DNA of 62,549 nucleotides, filler included, from Stramenopiles sp. TOSAG23-3 (Eukaryota), in the NCBI GenBank assembly GCA_900128585.1. It is 9 parts of 9 records of this genome, joined end to end, with 100 filler letters (N's around TTAATTAATTAA, not from the genome) between each part and the next. Parts side by side here need not be neighbours in the genome. Positions count along the whole stretch, not along the records: positions 50,937 to 59,296 come from LT643029.1; positions 59,397 to 60,923 come from LT645729.1; positions 61,024 to 62,549 come from LT645730.1; 6 more parts are not named here. One strand, given 5' to 3'. The position numbers and the translations under genes were made by a program. Positions 54,814-62,549 of the stretch are shown here, in pieces (positions within the stretch are counted from its first letter, which is position 1; every line of letters starts with the position of its first letter). The notes beneath the pieces were generated by a model that did no database searches, was not told the origin of the DNA, and saw only the letters and a program-made list of their open reading frames with translations.

Positions 54814-55334
54814 TTTGTTAACAAAAAATAATATAAAGTATATATATTGTGCGGAAGAATTAAAAAAACCGAAATGAACAATTCACAAATCAACAGAACA
54901 AACAAAGCTTTCCAAACACTTTTTCTTTTTCCTTTTCATCCCTTCCGTTCCTTTCCATACGGATCATATCTTCTCCATTACTACTCTGTTTTATTTGTTT
55001 CTTCTTTTTCTTTTTTTCTTAATATTCATTTTATTATTCCTTCTTCTTCTTCTTATTGCTTTGTGTTTTGTTTTGTTCTAAACTTCTTCTTAAAATTCCT
55101 TCTTTCTTTCTTCTTTTTCTATAACTTCTTCCTATTTTAGGAAATATAATTATCTTATAAATATTATAGAATTTAATACTCTATGCTGTATCATATATTA
55201 ATTGTAAGTTTAAAATGAAAAAGATGAAATATATTCCTTATTTTATGAATCGATTTATTGGAAGAGATTATTTTGGTTTCGTAATGCTATGTACATGTAC
55301 TTAATAAATGAAATGAATGGATATGAAGTCATAT

Positions 55335-55790
55335 CAATGCTGTGTTCTTATTAAACCATTGTATATGCATGTATACGAGTCCATTATCAATGCTGTGTCT
55401 ATAGTAATAACATTCATTCCCTTGTATTTCTATGTACACGATTTCATTGTTAATACTGTGTCTATAGTAATAACATTCATCCCATTGTATTTCTATGTAT
55501 ATTAGTACATTATCAATGCTGTGTTTATAATAATAATATCCATTCTATTGTATTTCTATGTATATTAGTACATTATCAATGCTGTGTTTATAGTAATAAC
55601 ATTCATTCTATTGTATTTCTATGTATATTAGTCCATTATCAATGCTGTGTTTATAGTAATAATATCCATTCTATTGTATTTCTATGTATATTAGTCCATT
55701 CTAAATGCTGTGTTTATAGTAATAATATCCATTCTATTGTATTTCTATGTACACGATTCCATTCTTTATGCTGTGTCTATATACATAATA
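55335..55790. repeat. 63-bp minisatellite, six full copies plus flanking partial copies
   Basis: Unit cattatcaatgctgtgtttatagtaataa...ttgtatttctatgta starts at 55382, 55445, 55508, 55571, 55634, 55697 and 55760. Confidence 0.95.
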
Positions 55791-56333
55791 AACATTCCTT
55801 TAATTTCTTCGTTCAGAAAGGAATCGATTCGGTATTCTTTGATAGGTTGTATTACAATACTATTTATCATTTTATAAGTAGAACAAGTGAAAGTGAAGCT
55901 CCATCCCATTCTCTTCTTAAACTACAATTTAATACAGGAAGATAGCACTCGACGGCAACGGACAGACTCCGAGGAGTACTAATTAATATATAGATAACAT
56001 TAATGCTGTGTTTATATTAATTACGACATTCTATTTTTTTTAATTTTTGTTTGTTTGTTTTTTTTGTGGAAGAAGAAAGAAGAAGAAGAACAAATGCACC
56101 GCAATTTATTCACAAGTTCATTTCGGTTTGGTTTTGTTTCGTTCAATTTCATTCAATAGATTCGGTTCAATTTTTGTTGGAGTGTTTTGGGTGTTTTGAG
56201 TGTTTGATTGTTTAAGTGTTCGAGTACGGCATATTGTGGTTTGTGAGGTCTATAAGAAGGTTACTGGATATAAGTCGCAAATTGCTGTTTTCTTTGTGTC
56301 CTTCCTATTCATACCGTTTTGCATTTTGGAAAT

Positions 56334-56552
56334 ATGATCATTCCAGTCCGCTGTTTTACCTGCGGGAAAGTTATTGGGAACAAATGGGAAACTTACATAC
56401 AACTGTTAGATAGTATGCATGAGTGCCAAGCGCTAGATGAGCTCGGTTTGTCCAGGTACTGCTGCAGACGAATGGTTCTTACGCACGTTGACCTCATCGA
56501 GAAGCTACTGAACTACAACACCCTCGACAAACAAATCGACGACCAACAGTAA
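56334..56552 (+). CDS. RPB10: RNA polymerase I/II/III shared subunit RPABC5
   Basis: [45 protein letters not shown]. Confidence 0.99.
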   Translation: MIIPVRCFTCGKVIGNKWETYIQLLDSMHECQALDELGLSRYCCRRMVLTHVDLIEKLLNYNTLDKQIDDQQ

Positions 56553-57185
56553 AGCAACTGGCAGGGCAAGCAAAACGCTTCGGCCTACGGCCCTTTGTGG
56601 AAGGTGCAGCAACACCTTTGCCGGGCGGTCGAGCCCCCGCCAGGCCAGGGATGTTCGTTTCAGCGCCCTCCCCACAATGCCAGCCAGCCAACTCGCCCAT
56701 CCAACACCCCCTCATTCGTTGTCGCTTTATTTCGTCACGCCGCGGCCGACCGCAGTGGTGGTGCACGAATTTGTATGTTTTTTTCTAGTGTCACGACGGA
56801 CGATACTACAGGGTACAAGAGGGGAGCGAGAGAGTGTTAGAAGTAAAATTTAGTGCAGTCAACTTGGTTTCATTTTTTAACCTTAACGGCGCGTCACGAC
56901 GCGGTGTTTACAAATATAGTGTTAAGATACTCCGTCCGTAATGCACCTACCTTCGCACCTCGACGGAAAGATACAAACGCACACCCTCTATCTCTCTCTC
57001 CCACGCTCTCTTTAAAACCAAAATTTTATGTTATTTTGTATGTCCACAAATTAAAAGGTGGTTTGTACATTTCTTAATGACGCGAGTAGATTATTGATGA
57101 TCTTAGTCATATACCAGATGTAAGATATCGTATGCTAATTGAATAAGGAAGAATTTTCTTAATGAGATCAACTGAATTGAAAGGT

Positions 57186-57256
57186 TTTGTGTTTTTCACT
57201 CTAAACGATGTGCGACTTCTGTTTGTGTTTTTCACTCTAAACGATGTGCGACTTCT
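57186..57256. repeat. 36-bp-period tandem duplication covering the stop codon of the adjacent gene
   Basis: tttgtgtttttcactctaaacgatgtgcgacttct at 57186-57220 and 57222-57256. Confidence 0.95.
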
Positions 57257-59296
57257 CCGGAGAGGACCTGGGGGTTCCCGTCCCGACGGCTTCCCTCCGG
57301 AACTTTCGCTCGCTTGCGGTCATCCCAGCCCCGTCGTGGCCAAGGTCCGCGACGTTCATACCAAGGGATGCCGAGGGGCTGCCTTGCCCTTGAACGCGGT
57401 CCACTCTGCTGCGCCGAAGGGGGCTCGCGGTGGGCAGGCCCTCGCCCATCGCGCGGGAGTGGGCCAGGCGCCCGGCGAGCAGATCGCTGCCTTCGTTCAA
57501 CATGACCGACTTGAGCTCCTGGTTCTTCATCCGGAACATGTCTGCCCGGCGCTCCGTGTCTTCGAGCACCTTCTGGAGCTCCCGGACCTGGACGTCCTTC
57601 GACTCCCGCAAATCTCCCGCGTCTTCCATCACCGTCTGGAGCTCCGTCTCCAACTGGTTCACCCGGCGCGACAGGTAGTTCTTGCTGTCCTCGCAGTCCC
57701 GAAGGCTCGACCGGAGCGCCTCCGTCTCCCTTCGCTTGTCGCTGTACATCAGCTGCGTGTCCTGGAGCTCCTTCTCCGCAGCTTTCTCCCGCTTCGCCCG
57801 CTCCGTGCCGACCGTTTGCAGCTGGGCATGCGCCCGGTGAAGGGATTGCCGGGTCGTCTGCAGCTCGTCGTGCCATTTCTCCCGTTCGAACGCCTCCTTC
57901 GCGATCGCCTTCTTCATCCCGTACAGCTTCTGCTCCATGGCCCGCTTCGATTCCTGGAGCAGGGCCTCCTTCTCACGGTAGTCCGCCTTCAACTGGTTCT
58001 TCTCCTCCGCGCCTGAGGCCTGCTTGCGCTCGAGCTCGTGGTTTCCCCGCTGCAACTTCGCCATCTCGCTCCGCAGCTGGTGGGCCTCCAGCCGGAGTGC
58101 CGTCAGCTCGCCACGCTCCTTCTCCATCGCCTTCTCCCGGTCCGCGTCGTGCCGGGCCAGGTCATGCTTCTCGCGAGCCTCCGACTCTACCTCTGCCTTT
58201 AGAACGGCGATTTCACTCTTCCACTCGGACTCTTTCTCTCGCATCGTTGACAGCTCGATCTCCATCGACTGCTGGACCGGGTCCATTTTCGTCAACCTCG
58301 TTTTCAACCGAACGATCTCCTTCCGCGCTCGCGCGAGCTCCGTCCGCATCCCGTCCAGGGAAGACTCTGCGTGGGCCCGCTCCCGGCCCCGGTCCTCCAG
58401 TTCCCCCTTCAGCTTCAGGCTCACGTCCCGGTACTCCCGCATCTTCTTCAGGTCCATGTCCTGCTGTTCAACCAGTTCCTCTATCCGCCGCCGGGCGTCC
58501 CGGTCAATTCCCAGCGACGCGCGCATTTCGTCGATCGTCGCGTCCTTCTGGCGAAGCTCTTGGGTGGCATCCAGCAGGTGTCCCTCCAATTTCCCGATGA
58601 GCACGGTCTCCTGCCGTCGGCGCTCGTTCAGCAGCTGTTCAGCCTTCTCCGCCCTTGCCTGCAAAGCGTGGGCCTTGCGCGAAGACGTCGCCGCTATCGA
58701 TTGTTGCTGGCCGTGCTTGTGCGACAAATCGTTGAACTTGCGGTCAAAGGTTCGCCCCATCTCCTCAATAGCATGGCGATGGTTCAGCTCCAGCTGGTGG
58801 AGCTTCGCGCTCAAGTTCTCCTCCCGCTCTTCCAGTTCGATCCGCCGCTTTGTCTCGTACTGAAGCGACGTCTTCAGCCGGTTGGCCTCGCTCACGCACT
58901 TGGTCGCCTCGCGGTCAAGGGACCTCTTGCCCTCGCTCACTTTCATTTGCAGCGTGTCGACGCGCGCCAGCAGCTCGTTCTTCTCCTCCAATACGCTCGT
59001 CATCGTACCCTCCGCTTCGAGCAAAGACTTCTTGTACTCTGCATGGCAGTTGCTCAGTTCTGAACGGTACTGCTCCTTGACGCTGGCGATCTCCCGGGTC
59101 TTCCCTTTATAGGACTCGTTCAGGGCCACCAGTTGGTCGCGTAGCTCGCTGATGGTCGCCTCGAACTTCTTTGCCTTCCCTCTATGCTCAAGGGCCTTGC
59201 TGGACACGTCCTTCTCGTGTCTCCTGGCCAAGGCCTCGGCATTGGTGCGCAACTTCCTTTCCATCCTGTCCCACTGGTCTTTCCGAACTTGATCCT
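57237..59296 (-). CDS. Long coiled-coil protein (5'-truncated), family not recognised
   Basis: More than 675 codons open from contig edge; heptad-rich in E/R/L/K. Confidence 0.8.
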
Positions 59297-59396
59297 NNNN
59301 NNNNNNNNNNNNNNNNNNNNNNNNNNNNNNNNNNNNNNNNTTAATTAATTAANNNNNNNNNNNNNNNNNNNNNNNNNNNNNNNNNNNNNNNNNNNN
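59297..59396. other. Artificial contig linker
   Basis: 44N-TTAATTAATTAA-44N. Confidence 0.99.
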
Positions 59397-59615
59397 GCTC
59401 TGGCGTTTTCCAGTTATTAAATTCTCGTACATCTTTTCCCCTTTCGCAGTAGTCAGGGTGATCCACCCAAGGGGCAGGTCTTCGCGCTTCCTACCCTTCA
59501 TTGTATTCAAGGGCTTCCCAACCACCTTCGTACGCTCCTCTTCAGGCTTTGCAGAAAACTGTAATAAACGTCCCGTCCCTTTCTTGTGCTTCTGTTGAAA
59601 TGTACGCGCGCGCAC
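59397..59615 (-). CDS. WW-domain-containing fragment (truncated; exon or pseudogene)
   Basis: DLPLGWITLTTAKGEKMYENLITGKRQS runs into the linker; in-frame stop shortly upstream. Confidence 0.45.
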
Positions 59616-60923
59616 TCTTTGTCCTTCACTCCATTATTTCGCACGCTGAAGTCTGTTCTGATTGTAGTCAATTGCCGTCTCGTTCACTGATACGATATCC
59701 AACATCACACACACGCAATATTGTCGATAAATCAGGGACCACTGCTGCTAGCCAGAGGAAAATGGAATTGCTTCTACAAATACAGGGTAATACAACTGGC
59801 TCAACTGTATAATTTCTTATAAATTCTTCTGTTTTTTATCACTGCTGTGTTTATGCTGTCGTTTCCCAATGGAGTCGTTGAGGTGATTTCTGGAAAATGC
59901 GCCTGGTAATATACATCGAATTATCATTGTATATATACACAGCGTAAGAAATGCGAAGGAGTCCAAATTTGCAAATGACGAGTGTCTTTGGCGCGGAATT
60001 GAAAAAGTGCAAAGGACTTTGTGCTAACTATTTGGAACGAAGAGATCATTATGAAAAAAGGATTATTTTCATGAATTTAAAGTGTCAAATGTGGTTTGAG
60101 ATACACAAAATTATGCCACTACCACTCGTTTTTCGAAAGCTCACAAAAAAATACGTGTTTGTTCGGGTGGCGTTTGGTCCAAATCGTCCATTTCAATAAA
60201 AATTGTCCCTCGGAACCGTAATTCCAAGTCATTAAAGGGCAAACAATTTATAAACGTTCGTTGATGGCCAAACATTGTCAGCGCAACGCTTGTGGTAGCT
60301 GAACTTATGCAGTTATGCGTCCTCGTTGCTTTTATTTGTCGATTTCTGGCATAGCGCTTCCATACTTTGAAATTCGAGTCGGATTTTTATTCGCGCCACG
60401 GACATTGAACGACTCGCAGAACAGGTACACAGAATGGCATTTTTCTGACAAAAAAACGACGACTGTCGTCCTTTTTGTTTTTTTATAAATAGGTCACGTA
60501 TTTACATAAATACAAAATAGTAGTATACTCGAGAACATTTCCAGTGCATAAAATATTTACGTTTTTTTTTGTACGTTACAACAAAAAAAAAAAATTCTAA
60601 TCCCGTCTCCGTTTCTTTTCTTCTGTGAACTTTCGACTGCTCGGCTCAAAGCTGTAATTTTTGCAGAATGATTTGTGGCTGGTGCCGAACCTTCTTGCAA
60701 CCAACGAAAACCTTGAAACGTCAGCGCCTTTGCTGAGACCTGCACACTGCATCTTCCACTGCAATTGAACGGTACAGAGGGACTCGGTTACCGGCTATGG
60801 AAGTGCAATAGGATTAGTGACGGATAAAACAGTATGGAAGAAGGGCATTACAGTGGAGTCGTGCTTGAGCAGTCAACTGAGGACGGCTCGTGCACAATAT
60901 TTTTTGTCGAGGATGGTACGATT

Positions 60924-61023
60924 NNNNNNNNNNNNNNNNNNNNNNNNNNNNNNNNNNNNNNNNNNNNTTAATTAATTAANNNNNNNNNNNNNNNNNNNNN
61001 NNNNNNNNNNNNNNNNNNNNNNN
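60924..61023. other. Artificial contig linker
   Basis: 44N-TTAATTAATTAA-44N. Confidence 0.99.
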
Positions 61024-62549
61024 CGCTTACAACAACAAAAAATAAAAAAGAGAGAGCGACGGAGGGGCGAGATGAAATTCGGACCTCGCGTTTGCGTTTG
61101 CTGTTGGGCAGCTGCTGCTAATCACTTCTTTTCTGAATAGATAGAGAGATAGACGACGGTCGCTGCGTTGTCTTTCTGGCTTTCTAAACAAAAGCACAAA
61201 AGGTACGGAGGGGTTGACGCGTCGGAGTTGCCTTTCTTTCACAAAAGGTGTAAAAATCAACTCGACGAAAGAATAGAGACTATTAACCGTTCGTTCGTTC
61301 CAACAACAACAGTAGACCAAATATATTCCACACTTTGCCTTCTTCAATTCTGCTACACTAATGCTTGATGAAACCTTTCTTTTCCACCAATCGTCTGTAA
61401 CACATTAGTATACACTGATTCGTTTGTATTATGATTTTGTTCACATCCAAAATACATATTTTTTTATTTTTTATATCTTTTTTCTTTTTTTTTTAATTTT
61501 TTTTCCTCCCTCCTCCTTCCTATTAAGCGCCTATAATATTAAAATAATTTAATAATTAAAATTAAAAAATAAGAAGAAGAAAAAAAGAAAAGAAAAAAAA
61601 AGAAAAGAGAAGAATAAAATAGGTATTTCTATACTGTGTTTATGTTATTCAAGCTTTTTCTCCATTGGATTTGATCTTTATTTAATGTAATGTATTTATT
61701 TTATAATTGTTAATATAATAGTATATAGTATATATTATTTATTATAGTTTTGTATTTAACATTAAAATATTTTGTTTCGTGAAGAGAACGGTTGATATAA
61801 TAACACACCATTGAATTAGTTTCGTTTTTCTTATTTAAAGAGGTGTTTAATAAAATGTCAGGTTGATGTATTTGATGCTATGTGGTTGTTATTTAATATA
61901 AGAATTCGGTGTTTTTTTTTTAATAAAAAAAACAATAAGTTCAAAAATAAGAAATATTTTATTTTACATTGACATAGTATTGGAAAAACACAAAGTGAAA
62001 TGAGAAGAGAGAGATCATTTTCTTTTTTTTTTTTGTTCGAGATAGATTGAGTGGCGAGAAGAATATTTAAAAGCGAGATAGCATTAGCATAGAATGGAAA
62101 AAAGCAAATGTGAATGAAGCGAAGCTGAAGGAAGAATAGAAAAGATTTCTATTCCTTCATTTGGAGACGAGACAGAAGAAATTGGAATTTGTTAAAAAAA
62201 TTTAAAAAAAGGAATACGAAGTTTATTTATTTGTCATTATAATACGTTATATAATTATAATTTTAATTATTTTTTTTCGCGTGTTTGAGTTCGTTCTTCT
62301 TTTTTTGTTTTGGTTTGGTGCTTTGCTTATTTATTACTGTATTTCTTTTCTCAATAGTGCAGAGGAAGGTATTTTATTTAATTTTAATATAGGATTAAGA
62401 TGAAAATAAAAATGATGAAAGAAATATTTTAAAATTGAGTCGTTTAGAAATTATCTTTAAATACAATGCTACTGTATGATCATTCTAAATTAAAATTATC
62501 AATACTCTTCTATAACTATTTTTAAGGGAGGTAGGGAGGGAGGGAGGGA

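Noticed and set aside
55335..55790. CRISPR array
   Set aside because: Whole 63-bp units repeat with no unique spacers; eukaryotic context and no cas genes.
60834..60923. Possible Tudor-like fragment MEEGHYSGVVLEQSTEDGSCTIFFVEDGTI
   Set aside because: Only 30 aa at a contig edge; too short to call.
8402..61023. TTAATTAATTAA recurring about every 8.5 kb as a biological periodic element
   Set aside because: Always centred in 44N pads; it is a six-frame-stop contig linker. Cross-contig synteny was therefore not interpreted.
61024..62549. Genes or RNA genes in the last contig
   Set aside because: Very AT-rich low-complexity sequence with no credible ORF; no tRNA or rRNA recognised here or elsewhere in the window by eye.

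Overview
Eukaryotic (protist, probably stramenopile; taxonomy is inference) draft genome. The window is not one locus: it is nine contigs joined by eight artificial 100-nt linkers (44N-TTAATTAATTAA-44N), so gene neighbourhoods only mean something within a contig. Genes are compact and intron-poor (two GT-AG introns resolved) with AT-rich intergenic DNA. Recognisable genes: TPR/Mlp1 nucleoporin, MATH-BTB-SAP, WW-PH, cyclophilin, AMT, CLC, METTL21-like methyltransferase, FN3-nucleoredoxin, kinesin-13, Kelch/CUB/EGF protein, NDP-glucose 4,6-dehydratase, MND1, sirtuin, GH13 amylase, SET/LSMT, RPL17 and RPB10. Most notable: (1) a single-ORF fusion of the bacterial tRNA wobble-modification enzymes CmoA and CmoB with an N-terminal hydrophobic segment, on a contig with eukaryotic genes; (2) a secreted precursor-like protein with RRL sites, acidic spacers, repeated peptides and a terminal CX3C-X6-CX3C peptide; (3) a frameshifted GIY-YIG remnant missed by the ORF track; (4) a PAM2-like motif in TPR, a degenerate adenylation domain fused to TPR repeats, and recurring intergenic inverted repeats and motifs. 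All family assignments come from motif recognition by eye; no searches were run.
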